Shown here: one piece after another, positions 17,324 through 25,495 of the stretch
Position numbering within the stretch: the first letter of the stretch is position 1
How the letters are laid out: each line of letters begins with the position of its first letter
Source of the DNA: a virus
Lineage: Duplodnaviria; Caudoviricetes
Length of the DNA stretch: 60,373 nt
Direction: 5' to 3' (one strand)
Virus record (IMG/VR): IMGVR_UViG_3300018418_000019
Location: 1-60,373 of that record
The notes under the pieces: model-generated
Told to the model about the DNA's origin: nothing
Seen by the model: the letters and a program-made list of their open reading frames with translations, nothing else
Database searches by the model: none
Made by a program: the position numbers and the translations under genes

Positions 17324-17783
17324 GACGGATTGTTTGGATGGTTTCGTCTACTTGCTTCTTGTTCTTGGGTATGAAGAGCATGTAATCCTCCATACCATTA
17401 TCAACTAGATATTTCAAGAACATCTTCCACCTGATTGGGAAGGTGTGTTGCGATGGAACATAGCCCTTGGTTTCGATGATGAACTTGTGCTTGTGGGAAA
17501 CAAAGTCTGGCGTGTACTTCACCTGCAAGACTGCGTTGCCCGTTGCGTTCATCATGTAGTCCTTGGCCTTGGTTGACTTGTAGTATATGCCTGGGTATCT
17601 AAACCCATCCTGCACCACAAACGTCTCCCCTTCGTAAACGAAATCAATATCCGCCTCCTTCAACTGGTCGTAACAATAAGTCTCAAGGTTAGACTTTAGC
17701 TGCTTACCATCGCGTCGAAGGTTCCTAGTCTTAGCAGTCTTTTTTCTTGGTCGCGTGAGGTTCTTACGTGGCTTCCTCTGCAT
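17301..17783 (-). CDS. T7 endonuclease I-like Holliday-junction resolvase
   Basis: KSNLE...F.YE...YTPDF...IIETKG catalytic pattern. Confidence 0.8.
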   Translation of the reverse strand: MQRKPRKNLTRPRKKTAKTRNLRRDGKQLKSNLETYCYDQLKEADIDFVYEGETFVVQDGFRYPGIYYKSTKAKDYMMNATGNAVLQVKYTPDFVSHKHKFIIETKGYVPSQHTFPIRWKMFLKYLVDNGMEDYMLFIPKNKKQVDETIQTIRREIRNSQ

Positions 17784-17793
17784 ACGCTAAAGT

Positions 17794-19599
17794 TTACAAA
17801 ACATCTGGATGAAAAGCAGACTGTTCACCAACAACTTGTTCACCTAGTGGAGAAAAGAAATCCTGCACTGGCCCCTCTAAGTAGAACGCGCTGTTCGTTT
17901 GGTTGAACCTGAAGAACAGTGGCTCTGCAAACGGGGTAGGTGCTCCGCCTGTGTCCGTCTCTCTAACCTTACGAACGTGCATCTCTGTGCAGTACCTAAT
18001 GTTGGGGTCAACGTGCTGAACCTTGCGGTGCAGGGTAATAAAGCAGTCCGCTCTGTTCACCCACTTACCACCACCTTCTGTGTCCTCTGCGTATGGGGCG
18101 CGGGGATATCCGTCAGGGTCTTTCTGTCTCTGTGATTCAGTAACGCTGTGAGCGTTGACCCATATAGCTACACCCAGCCTGTTGCTAAAGGTTAGGAAGT
18201 CAGAGGCTGCCTCGTAGTGGTACTCGTGGGAGTTAAGGTGCTTACCCTTCATGCCGTCGATGCGCAAGCTGTTGTAAGGGTCGATGAACAGCCCGTCGAT
18301 AGCCTTGTTTCTGTGCAGCTTCTCTGCGTACAACAGCACGTCTGTGTAGCTAAGCACCTCATCATTTTTTATTACAACAAAGTGCTTCTTAACCCATTCG
18401 TATGCACGCTTCTGTTCTTGATACCTCATGCTGCTGACGTGCTTGTTCAAACAGAACTGCATGAGCTTCATCTTGATAGCAGCCGTACTATTCTCTGCGC
18501 TGTAGATAACCCATCGCCACCCGTGGTTCATGCTTGCGCTGACCATAAGGAACAGGGTGAATGTAGTCTTACCGATGTTGCTGTGCCCGTTAATCATAAC
18601 GAACTCCTTCTTGAACCTAAAGTTCTGGTCGACCCTAGTGTTGCCTGTGGACAGGCCAACCTCAATATTCCCCTGTCGATACTGGTCAATCCACAAGAAG
18701 TCTGCGTCGTCAGACGAGATGAATGACATGTCGCCATCCTGTAGGAGCATGTCCCTCTTAATCTTCTCCTCATCCTCAATCACCTCCTTAATGGGCATCG
18801 TCTTACCGTGGCTGATACCATCTCTGATGGTGCGTCGAGCCAACTCCATGTCCTCTAGGTCGTGCTTCTCAATCTCCCTCTCAAGTACGTAAAACGCTAC
18901 GTCCTCTTCAATCTTTCCCGCCGCTATGTATCCACCGATAAGGTGTGATGCCCTGATGAGTGTCGCGTGCTTCTCCCCGTCCGAGGCCCTGTTAATCATG
19001 CGGGCAGCGATGTTCAGCTTCTCGTAGTCAGTCTTGCTCTGAATGTCGAGGATGTAATCATCGTTGCTTCGCTCACCTATCATGCCAGTGAACACGTCGG
19101 ATGCGTCCCGCACCACGATGTCGGGGTCCGCAGATTCAAAGCAGGCACGGGATTCGTTGATGCCTGTTGAGTCTACCTCCAAACCATACTGGCTGTCGAA
19201 GTACTTCTGAAGACTACGGAAGTGGTCTCTGTGTCGTGACGGTTCGGACACCTCGACCAAGGCCTTTATGCCGTTGCCGCTAGGACTAACCCAACAGCTG
19301 CGAACATATTTGTCCGAGCCTATCACAGACTTAGCCCTGTCCACATCAACGTGGTCAAAGTCTAGGACGATAAGCCCGCTGTGTCTCTTCAGCTCGTCGT
19401 CCTTGCGGCCACTGAACTCTCCAGAGAACAGGACAATAGGCAGCTTGGTCTTCTCTTTCTTGTCACCCTCTCGGATGCGGTCAATCCTCGTTGTGTGCTT
19501 TCCCTCCTTGATGCGTTGAAGTGCTGTCTCCAAACGGATATAGGTTGGTTCCTGCACTTGATGAATGGAAGGGAAGATGGTTACGATTGGGTTGCTCAT
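17794..19599 (-). CDS. Primase-helicase (BT4734/VirE-N-like primase fused to DnaB/Twinkle-like helicase)
   Basis: N-terminal K..LP...SG.F..R...HSGLIVLDFDH, SPSGNGIK, SRACFES.DP. C-terminal Walker A GHSNIGKT, YSAEN, FIDPYN, NAH, W.NRAD. Confidence 0.85.
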   Translation of the reverse strand: MSNPIVTIFPSIHQVQEPTYIRLETALQRIKEGKHTTRIDRIREGDKKEKTKLPIVLFSGEFSGRKDDELKRHSGLIVLDFDHVDVDRAKSVIGSDKYVRSCWVSPSGNGIKALVEVSEPSRHRDHFRSLQKYFDSQYGLEVDSTGINESRACFESADPDIVVRDASDVFTGMIGERSNDDYILDIQSKTDYEKLNIAARMINRASDGEKHATLIRASHLIGGYIAAGKIEEDVAFYVLEREIEKHDLEDMELARRTIRDGISHGKTMPIKEVIEDEEKIKRDMLLQDGDMSFISSDDADFLWIDQYRQGNIEVGLSTGNTRVDQNFRFKKEFVMINGHSNIGKTTFTLFLMVSASMNHGWRWVIYSAENSTAAIKMKLMQFCLNKHVSSMRYQEQKRAYEWVKKHFVVIKNDEVLSYTDVLLYAEKLHRNKAIDGLFIDPYNSLRIDGMKGKHLNSHEYHYEAASDFLTFSNRLGVAIWVNAHSVTESQRQKDPDGYPRAPYAEDTEGGGKWVNRADCFITLHRKVQHVDPNIRYCTEMHVRKVRETDTGGAPTPFAEPLFFRFNQTNSAFYLEGPVQDFFSPLGEQVVGEQSAFHPDVL

Positions 19600-19858
19600 C
19601 TTGTATTGCTAGTTCTAGTAGTATTAAGTATCCAATTAAATCTCTGATGACGTCCTCATCTTCAGTCGCTGAGTCGTAGTTCCTCATGCGCTTGAGCTTA
19701 TCGTCGATGCGCCCAAGCAGTCCCTCGACAGGGGTTGCCTTGCTGAAGATGTTCAGTGGTTCTAACGCTGAGTCTCCGTACTTATTGTTCTTGCTTATCA
19801 AGAACTCTGCGATACTGTCGCACTGAGCTTTGATTCTTTTTGATGCGTTCTCTGACAT
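19481..19858 (-). CDS. DUF1599-like (nucleotide-modification-associated domain) protein
   Basis: KNNKYGDS...RIDDKLKR...DLIGYLIL signature. Confidence 0.7.
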   Translation of the reverse strand: MSENASKRIKAQCDSIAEFLISKNNKYGDSALEPLNIFSKATPVEGLLGRIDDKLKRMRNYDSATEDEDVIRDLIGYLILLELAIQDEQPNRNHLPFHSSSAGTNLYPFGDSTSTHQGGKAHNED

Positions 19859-20282
19859 TGTCGATGGTTGATTGAATGTTGTTGAGTGTGCGTTGCAAAA
19901 CCTCTAGTTCTGATTCGCTATTGATGTAGTGTCTGTATCTCCCGATGGGGTGCATGTTCATTTCGTTGGCCACCTCCGCGACAATACGAGTACCCTTTTC
20001 GTAGCACTCACCGTAGTGCCCGCTGTAGCCTAGGTACATCTCATGATTTTTAATTGCGTGGAGTACCGTGGCGTGGTCCTTGCCGAACATGGAGGCGCAC
20101 TCAACCCTACCAACGAATGGAGCGATAGCATTAAAGAGTGCGGCGCGGGCCTCTACATTGGGCCGCTTCCTGTTCTTCATCCACCTGCTCTTAGAAGTTC
20201 TGCTCAGATGGCCAATGCCAATCTCTTCAAAGTACCTATCTCTTACCTGAGATACAAAGGGGTTTGTATTAATTTTTTTCAT
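19782..20282 (-). CDS. DnaA C-terminal (domain IV)-like HTH DNA-binding protein
   Basis: RKRPNVEAR...FGKDHATVLHAIK resembles the DnaA signature GRDHTTV.HA. Start moved to ATG 20282 because the longer ORF overlaps RNA elements. Confidence 0.7.
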   Translation of the reverse strand: MKKINTNPFVSQVRDRYFEEIGIGHLSRTSKSRWMKNRKRPNVEARAALFNAIAPFVGRVECASMFGKDHATVLHAIKNHEMYLGYSGHYGECYEKGTRIVAEVANEMNMHPIGRYRHYINSESELEVLQRTLNNIQSTIDNVRERIKKNQSSVRQYRRVLDKQEQ

Positions 20283-20297
20283 GGCTCTATTGTGTTG

Positions 20298-20339
20298 AGG
20301 GCGGAGGGGAATCGAACACCTCCGAGCACCATGCGCCCT
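20298..20339 (-). ncRNA. Minihelix-like element: closing stem + GCAUGGUG + T-loop hairpin
   Basis: AGGGC GCATGGTG CTC GGAGGTG TTCGATT CCCCTCC GCCCT; canonical T-loop, no D or anticodon arm. Confidence 0.45.
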
Positions 20340-20345
20340 GATTCG

Positions 20346-20422
20346 TTCGGAAGGCGGGACTTGAACCCACATGTGACCAGTTACTCTTTCTACAAGGTAT
20401 AAGCTTGAGGAGATACTTCCGA
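20346..20422 (-). tRNA. Atypical tRNA-like RNA, anticodon UAU (Ile), lacking a canonical D arm
   Basis: Acceptor TCGGAAG/CTTCCGA + discriminator A; T arm GTGGG-TTCAAGT-CCCGC; CAAG-CTTATAC-CTTG hairpin placed where the D arm normally begins. Confidence 0.6.
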
Positions 20423-20624
20423 TAATTGGCCTGTCTTTCCAAGCTGTCAGTCTTTGATATCCATAACGGGCAATGAGTCATCAACCTTGTACCCCGACTT
20501 AATCATTCCAAACATCATCTAATCCAATACCATTCATTCGAACAGATGGCTGGCTGACTGGATATCCCACCTCACCCGACAAGGTAGAGTTCTATTGCGC
20601 ACAAGGGCTAGAATAAATGGGATG

Positions 20625-20698
20625 TACCCCCGACAGGACTCGAACCTGTAACCGTTTGCTTAGAAGGCAAATGCTCTATCCTGTTGAGCTACGAGGGC
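20625..20698 (-). tRNA. trnR: tRNA-Arg(UCU)
   Basis: GCCCTCG TA GCTC AACAGGATA GAGC A TTTGC CTTCTAA GCAAA CGGTT ACAGG TTCGAGT CCTGT CGGGGGT A: full cloverleaf, no encoded CCA. Confidence 0.95.
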
Positions 20699-20703
20699 AT
20701 AGG

Positions 20704-20778
20704 TAGGGTGGCTTTGTTTCCTAAGGCCCAATACTTAGGCCCGTTGCAGGCTCTCCCTGCACACCATGCACCACCCTA
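20704..20778 (-). ncRNA. Three-way-junction structured element containing GCAUGGUG
   Basis: TAGGGTGG/CCACCCTA closing stem, TGCAGG-GAGAG-CCTGCA and CCTAAG...CTTAGG hairpins; non-coding gap between the SSB-like gene and the tRNA. Confidence 0.45.
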
Positions 20779-20781
20779 GGG

Positions 20782-21036
20782 TCAGAACGGCATGCCGTCA
20801 GCTGACGTTTCAGCTGGGTTTTGAGACTTCCAGGACGCAGGGTCCTCGATAACAGCCCAGGCATTGCCTTTGTTGTTCTGCTCCTTGTTCTTGGTGATGT
20901 TCACCTTGATGTAAACGTTGCCCTTCTCAGTGGCGAACTGCTTCATCTGTTCCAACTCAGACAAGCTGAACTTGACCTTGAGTGAGACGTGTGGTTCTAC
21001 GTATCCTACGTAGTTGTTGTTTGTGTCTTTCGACAT
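20782..21036 (-). CDS. Putative small ssDNA-binding protein
   Basis: Beta-rich core, flexible tail ending ADGMPF (SSB-type acidic PF tail); in the recombination operon. Confidence 0.55.
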   Translation of the reverse strand: MSKDTNNNYVGYVEPHVSLKVKFSLSELEQMKQFATEKGNVYIKVNITKNKEQNNKGNAWAVIEDPASWKSQNPAETSADGMPF

Positions 21037-21046
21037 GGCTAAAAAA

Positions 21047-21319
21047 TTAAGGGTTTAGTGTATTAACGAAGTCGTTGTACTGATTTCTGAACGCAGGAAT
21101 CATCATCTTATTGTCCCCATGTACTCGCAAGAACCAAAGCTCATTGCTTGTGCAGTTGAGCGGGGCATGAAGCTCGGTGTAAGGAACGTTCTTGTCGGCG
21201 ACGAGGTACCTAACCACACTGCACTTGGCATCCCATAGTGGTGTCTGAAACTTAGTGGCCTTGGTCACGTCAGTACCGAAGTACTTGTTGGCTTGCTTGA
21301 TGATGTCCTCTGTACTCAT
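21047..21319 (-). CDS. Hypothetical protein
   Basis: Start overlaps the exonuclease stop (ATGA). Confidence 0.6.
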   Translation of the reverse strand: MSTEDIIKQANKYFGTDVTKATKFQTPLWDAKCSVVRYLVADKNVPYTELHAPLNCTSNELWFLRVHGDNKMMIPAFRNQYNDFVNTLNP

Positions 21320-22101
21320 ATCTCTTGGTAATTGTAGTATGCGTCGGAGATAAGTGTGCCGTCAAGGTACTCCTTAATCTTCTCCACTGCTGTGTTAAAC
21401 TTTCTTTCTCCTGATTCTAATGTTTGTGGAGATGCCTTGTACACACCGACAGCGTAAGGGAAAACCTTTTCTTGGACAACCCAGTAGTACTCATCCACAT
21501 CAAAGACTCGGCAGTAGATGTAAGCTTGGATGTCGTATCCAAACTTGAATACATCGTACTTGAATCCACTCATGCGTTGGGTGGTCTTGCTGTCGGAGAT
21601 GTACCCATCCCCCTTGCAGTCTAGGAATCCTCGGACGGGGATGTCATCCCCTTGGATACCCTCGATGAAGTTGTTGAACTCTACTTGGTAGTCCCCGCTC
21701 AGGAACTCCTTGCGGACAGGCGTTCTGTCTAGGCGTTCAATCATCTCAATCGCTTGCTTGTAGTCGTTGTCGTTGACAACAACCTTCCCGTCAGTGGTAG
21801 CTTGGATAGTTCTCTCCTTCAACCAGTCCTTGTACTTCTTCGTAGCTCTCGGAGATTTACCCCCAATCTCTGCCACAATCTTGTCGTCGTTCATGATAAC
21901 GAACTCGTCTGCAAATAATTGTGGTTCAAACAAAAGCTTATCGTAGATGGAGCCGAAGCGAAGGGCGTCGCTGTCCTTGCGGATTCGTCCCTGCATGTAC
22001 ATCTCCCATAGCTTGATGTCCTTGAGGGCCTCCTTGCAGGAGGAGTAGGACAAGTATCCCTTGCCCACTCGCTCCGCAAGTTTGTTAGCAAACTCCATCA
22101 T
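21316..22101 (-). CDS. PD-(D/E)xK exonuclease (DUF3799/RecE-like)
   Basis: LSYSS...ALRFGS...RGFLD...ISDSKTT...YDIQAYIY...WVVQEK.FPY; paired with Erf. Confidence 0.8.
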   Translation of the reverse strand: MMEFANKLAERVGKGYLSYSSCKEALKDIKLWEMYMQGRIRKDSDALRFGSIYDKLLFEPQLFADEFVIMNDDKIVAEIGGKSPRATKKYKDWLKERTIQATTDGKVVVNDNDYKQAIEMIERLDRTPVRKEFLSGDYQVEFNNFIEGIQGDDIPVRGFLDCKGDGYISDSKTTQRMSGFKYDVFKFGYDIQAYIYCRVFDVDEYYWVVQEKVFPYAVGVYKASPQTLESGERKFNTAVEKIKEYLDGTLISDAYYNYQEI

Positions 22102-22727
22102 CAACAAACAGACTTGAGGTAGTCGTTCTGCTTGATGGACATGCGCTTACCATGCTTCTCGTCAACAGCTTGGAATGCCGCCAATCTGTTCTTGCTGTTA
22201 CGGATATAGTTCTCTAGCTGTTCCATCTCCTCGTCACTCAGACCCGATGACTCTGCCTTCTTTACTGGAGGCTTTGGGGCAGGAGCGGACTTGGCTGTTG
22301 GGGCAGTGCGCCCATGGTTGTTGGTTGCATCGCTGTCCTTAGTATCGTCAATGCAGAACAATCCATTGAGGGCATACTTGCGAGCATAGCTAGAAGCTGA
22401 ACCTGTAATCTGCGATGAGTCCATGCCCTTCTTGTTCTCTTCCTCACGAGCAAACCCCGTGGTCTGAATTGAATGGCCGTCCTTGTTATGCACAACTGCT
22501 GTTGCCTTAACGTACACCCGACCACCAACCTCGGTAATCTCATCGGTGATGGTGAGCACAAGGCTATGGCTTTGAAGGTGTGGCTTCACTGCTTCGAGGA
22601 TGTCCTCGCATGAGCGGTACTTGTATCCTCCGAATTTATTTGTCTGTCCCTTGGGTGCTTTGAGGGAAGACTGAATGGTTGCCATTGATTCTACGATGGC
22701 CGCTGGTGTTGTTGTCTGTTCTGACAT
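22101..22727 (-). CDS. erf: ERF-family ssDNA annealing protein
   Basis: LKAPKGQ.N.FG.YKYRSCEDILEAVKP and Q.TGSASSYARKYALNGLF.IDD..D.D. Confidence 0.9.
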   Translation of the reverse strand: MSEQTTTPAAIVESMATIQSSLKAPKGQTNKFGGYKYRSCEDILEAVKPHLQSHSLVLTITDEITEVGGRVYVKATAVVHNKDGHSIQTTGFAREEENKKGMDSSQITGSASSYARKYALNGLFCIDDTKDSDATNNHGRTAPTAKSAPAPKPPVKKAESSGLSDEEMEQLENYIRNSKNRLAAFQAVDEKHGKRMSIKQNDYLKSVC

Positions 22728-22752
22728 GATTAATTAATTTGAGATTCTAATT

Positions 22753-22917
22753 TTATTCCTTGGGTAGGTCTATCTTAAGACCCAATGCCTTCTCGCTTGC
22801 TTCGCTTGCTACCATGAGGCTGTGTATGAATACATTTCTTATGATGTACATTGGCAGCCACATTAGAAGACTTACGAGTAGTGCTGTTATGAGTACAATC
22901 CAATGCAGTATCTTCAT
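22753..22917 (-). CDS. 54-aa membrane protein (not in ORF track)
   Basis: MKILHWIVLITALLVSLLMWLPMYII...; ATGA overlap with the upstream gene. Confidence 0.55.
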   Translation of the reverse strand: MKILHWIVLITALLVSLLMWLPMYIIRNVFIHSLMVASEASEKALGLKIDLPKE

Positions 22918-23105
22918 TGAGTTTGGTTTTTAGTGATTGAATCAACAGCTGCTCCTGCTTCTTGATGGAGCGAAGCAGTATCGCTTGGTTGATTTGTTTT
23001 ACAAAGTTCGGAAGTATTTTGTTGAAAAGCAAGGATGTGTCTGTTAATTTTGTTTAACACGGGGAGGATGACCTGTTGAAACCCCATGTGGTCAAAGGAA
23101 TCCAT
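22914..23105 (-). CDS. Hypothetical protein
   Basis: Tightly coupled to both neighbours. Confidence 0.5.
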   Translation of the reverse strand: MDSFDHMGFQQVILPVLNKINRHILAFQQNTSELCKTNQPSDTASLHQEAGAAVDSITKNQTQ

Positions 23106-23289
23106 AACGTTCTGCGTCTCTCATAATTTTTGTGACTTGAATCATGAATCGGTTTGAGATTGCCTGTCCGTTGGTGTTGGACTGCTTCATCAGGTCTATC
23201 TTAATCTTGTGGTAGCGCACAATCTTGTCAAACAATCGCGCCTTGTCTTCGAGTGTCATGATGACCTCGTGTGGCAGTTGACCATTCAT
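23092..23289 (-). CDS. Hypothetical protein
   Basis: TAATG coupling with the upstream gene. Confidence 0.6.
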   Translation of the reverse strand: MNGQLPHEVIMTLEDKARLFDKIVRYHKIKIDLMKQSNTNGQAISNRFMIQVTKIMRDAERYGFL

Positions 23290-24365
23290 TACTGCTGATT
23301 TGTTTTAGTTAAACACTTGTTTATTTCAATTACAACGTCGTCAGGGATGCTGTTATTGCTCAGGAAGTGGTCGAGGTTGCGGGCCTGACTATTGTACTCC
23401 AAATCAGATTTCTCTACACTATTCTCTGCCTCAGCAAGCTTATCTCGGAGCGCCTTGAGACTCTTGCGTGAGCTCTCAGCGGACGCGCGAGAAAAGATGA
23501 GTCGCTGAATACGATTGTACATCTCTTTAGCGAGCATGAACGTCATCCCGCTACCCACAACCTTCCACAGAGAACCCAACTCGGATGCCTTTTTGTCAGG
23601 TACAACCTGAAGTGATTGGAACTCGGTGTACCCCCTGTACACAACAGAGAATTTCAGCTCTTCAACACTCATCGTCTTGTCCAAAATCTCCTTGAAGGTT
23701 TCGTCGGTGATGAACCACTTGTTGTATACTACCTTGTTGGAAGACAGTTGTCCACGCTCACGAAGATGCGTCAGCTCACGCTCGCACCGCTCCACATTGA
23801 GGTTGATGAGGTATGGGAATCCGAGGGCAATTTCCTTGAGTGAATCAGCATTTGTAACGTACTCGTAGTCGTCCACCTTCATTCCGAAGTTGTCACCGAG
23901 TTCACCCTTGAGGACTGCCAGCTGGAAGTATCCATCGAACTTAAGGACGTATGCGTTGCGGACGGGGCAGTTCAACACTCGTCGCACCCCCTGCGTGCCA
24001 ACGACATCGAACTTCTTGCCAAAGCTGTCAGCCAAGCGGTAGTCAGCGAGCGTCTTGTCAAGGCTGTCTTGAATAATGTCTGCAACCTCTTGGATATAAC
24101 GACGAAACCGCAAACCAACGTCAGTATTCATCAGCTTCTCTTGCCATTGCGCATCACGCGCGATACCATATGCCTCCTCTCCGATAATATCTCTTACCAT
24201 ATCATCTGCTTTGGAGCGGAACCTCCACCCGTTGTGCTCCTTGTAGCAGTACAGGTAGAACTTGTAGTCGTCAGACTGAATGTACTTGGTGGCTAGACGA
24301 TTGGCAGAGGGGAGCTTGTCGACAGCAACCTCGGCTTGTTTGATTTGTTCTTTTGTGTATTCCAT
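23289..24365 (-). CDS. Hypothetical 358-aa early protein with C-terminal coiled coil
   Basis: Long ORF with its own copy of the early promoter motif; no recognisable family. Confidence 0.75.
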   Translation of the reverse strand: MEYTKEQIKQAEVAVDKLPSANRLATKYIQSDDYKFYLYCYKEHNGWRFRSKADDMVRDIIGEEAYGIARDAQWQEKLMNTDVGLRFRRYIQEVADIIQDSLDKTLADYRLADSFGKKFDVVGTQGVRRVLNCPVRNAYVLKFDGYFQLAVLKGELGDNFGMKVDDYEYVTNADSLKEIALGFPYLINLNVERCERELTHLRERGQLSSNKVVYNKWFITDETFKEILDKTMSVEELKFSVVYRGYTEFQSLQVVPDKKASELGSLWKVVGSGMTFMLAKEMYNRIQRLIFSRASAESSRKSLKALRDKLAEAENSVEKSDLEYNSQARNLDHFLSNNSIPDDVVIEINKCLTKTNQQ

Positions 24366-24390
24366 TGTGCGTTGTATTGTGTTCTGTTAT

Positions 24391-24419
24391 TAGAACGGAT
24401 TAGTGTTTGGGATATTGTG
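24391..24419 (-). promoter_or_regulatory. Early promoter motif copy A
   Basis: CACAATAT-N14-CGTTCTA. Confidence 0.7.
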
Positions 24420-24429
24420 TTAACGGATG

Positions 24430-24597
24430 TTAAGACATCATCTCTGTTACTTTTACTCGGATGACCATGCTCGATGGTCTTCCATCGTTGAATACCATCC
24501 AAGTGCGTGCCTCATCCTTTCGGGTGAACAGGGGCGTGCCATCGTAGATTCGGTCGTCTATCTCGTTGTAGACAGTCCAGTAGGTGTCAGTCTTCAT
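24430..24597 (-). CDS. 55-aa hypothetical protein (not in ORF track)
   Basis: MKTDTYWTVYNEIDDRIYDGTPLF...; overlaps the upstream stop. Confidence 0.55.
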   Translation of the reverse strand: MKTDTYWTVYNEIDDRIYDGTPLFTRKDEARTWMVFNDGRPSSMVIRVKVTEMMS

Positions 24598-24832
24598 CGC
24601 TCACGGTTTGAAATTCAACGCCATCGAGCTGATTCTCTGCCTCCGACACGACCTCATCGAGGCACTCTACGAAGTATCGTAGTTCGGTCAGCATATCCTC
24701 GGTGGACATTACACGGACGCAGTTCTTAATCTCATAGAACAGGTGGCCGAATTCATCGACAACACGGGCTGTCTCTCGGAGAGATGGGGCGCAGTCCCAT
24801 CCGTCCTCTGTTGTTTTCTTGATAGTACTCAT
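24587..24832 (-). CDS. Hypothetical early protein
   Basis: ATGA-coupled, acidic. Confidence 0.6.
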   Translation of the reverse strand: MSTIKKTTEDGWDCAPSLRETARVVDEFGHLFYEIKNCVRVMSTEDMLTELRYFVECLDEVVSEAENQLDGVEFQTVSDED

Positions 24833-25020
24833 TGTTCTGAAAGGTTTAATTTCGTTTTATTGCAGAGGTAGTTAAGGTCTGTGCATAGGTCGTGTAGTGC
24901 CTGACGTGGGTCAAAGTTGGGGTTGTCACGCTGACACTCTTGGTAGTACTGCATGATTTTCAAGAACTGACCACCGCATGCGGCCAACTCAATCATGGTT
25001 GCTGTATCTGACTTAGGCAT
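24829..25020 (-). CDS. Hypothetical early protein
   Basis: Preceded by the repeated AAACCC...CCCAATACA leader. Confidence 0.65.
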   Translation of the reverse strand: MPKSDTATMIELAACGGQFLKIMQYYQECQRDNPNFDPRQALHDLCTDLNYLCNKTKLNLSEQ

Positions 25021-25041
25021 TGTGTATTGGGGTTAGGGGGT

Positions 25042-25218
25042 TTATCTTTCTTCGGTGTAGATGACTTCCATCCACGCTCTGTACGAACCTGCGTCTCTGA
25101 TGTCCGAGATGGCTGTTTGAAGGGCGCTGATAACCTCATCTGTTGGGATGTCGGACTTGTCGTCGTGGTGTACGTGCGTAACCAATTCTAACGTGCTGAT
25201 GTACTTGGGTCGGGGCAT
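25042..25218 (-). CDS. 58-aa hypothetical protein (not in ORF track)
   Basis: MPRPKYISTLELVTHVHHDD...; has its own leader repeat and promoter copy. Confidence 0.65.
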   Translation of the reverse strand: MPRPKYISTLELVTHVHHDDKSDIPTDEVISALQTAISDIRDAGSYRAWMEVIYTEER

Positions 25219-25247
25219 AGTGTATTGGGTTTAAGGGTTTCTACTTA

Positions 25248-25276
25248 TTCAACGTGGGAGGTGTCAGTTTATTGTT
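25248..25276 (-). promoter_or_regulatory. Early promoter motif copy B
   Basis: AACAATAA-N14-CGTTGAA. Confidence 0.7.
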
Positions 25277-25428
25277 TTGCCTTCGTAGTTGTCAGAGATT
25301 ACTGAGTGCTCTGCTCGCAAGGCGAGTTCTCGTGCCTCTTCGAGGCTGTTGGTGCCGATGCACTGGTCTGGTGCTTCGCCTCCGTGGTACAGGTACACTG
25401 CGTACCTCATGTATTGATGCTCTTTCAT
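25264..25428 (-). CDS. 54-aa hypothetical protein (not in ORF track)
   Basis: MKEHQYMRYAVYLYHGGEAPDQ...; has its own leader repeat and promoter copy. Confidence 0.65.
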   Translation of the reverse strand: MKEHQYMRYAVYLYHGGEAPDQCIGTNSLEEARELALRAEHSVISDNYEGKTIN

Positions 25429-25456
25429 TGCGCTTGTGTTTAAGGGTTTCTAGTAT

Positions 25457-25485
25457 TAGAACGTATGTGTTCTCGGTTTATTGTG
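25457..25485 (-). promoter_or_regulatory. Early promoter motif copy C
   Basis: CACAATAA-N14-CGTTCTA. Confidence 0.75.
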
Positions 25486-25495
25486 TGAATGAATG

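Noticed and set aside
19481-19858. DNA hypermodification pathway implied by the DUF1599-like gene
   Set aside because: No accompanying modification enzymes (kinase, transferase, thymidylate synthase, methylase) were recognised.
20283-20484. ORF-track ORF 20287-20484 and the N-terminal extension of 19782-20372
   Set aside because: They overlap the tRNA-like elements; ATG 20282 with an A-rich leader is a better start.
20704-20778. Hammerhead ribozyme
   Set aside because: Three stems and GAAA are present, but the CUGANGA core is missing.
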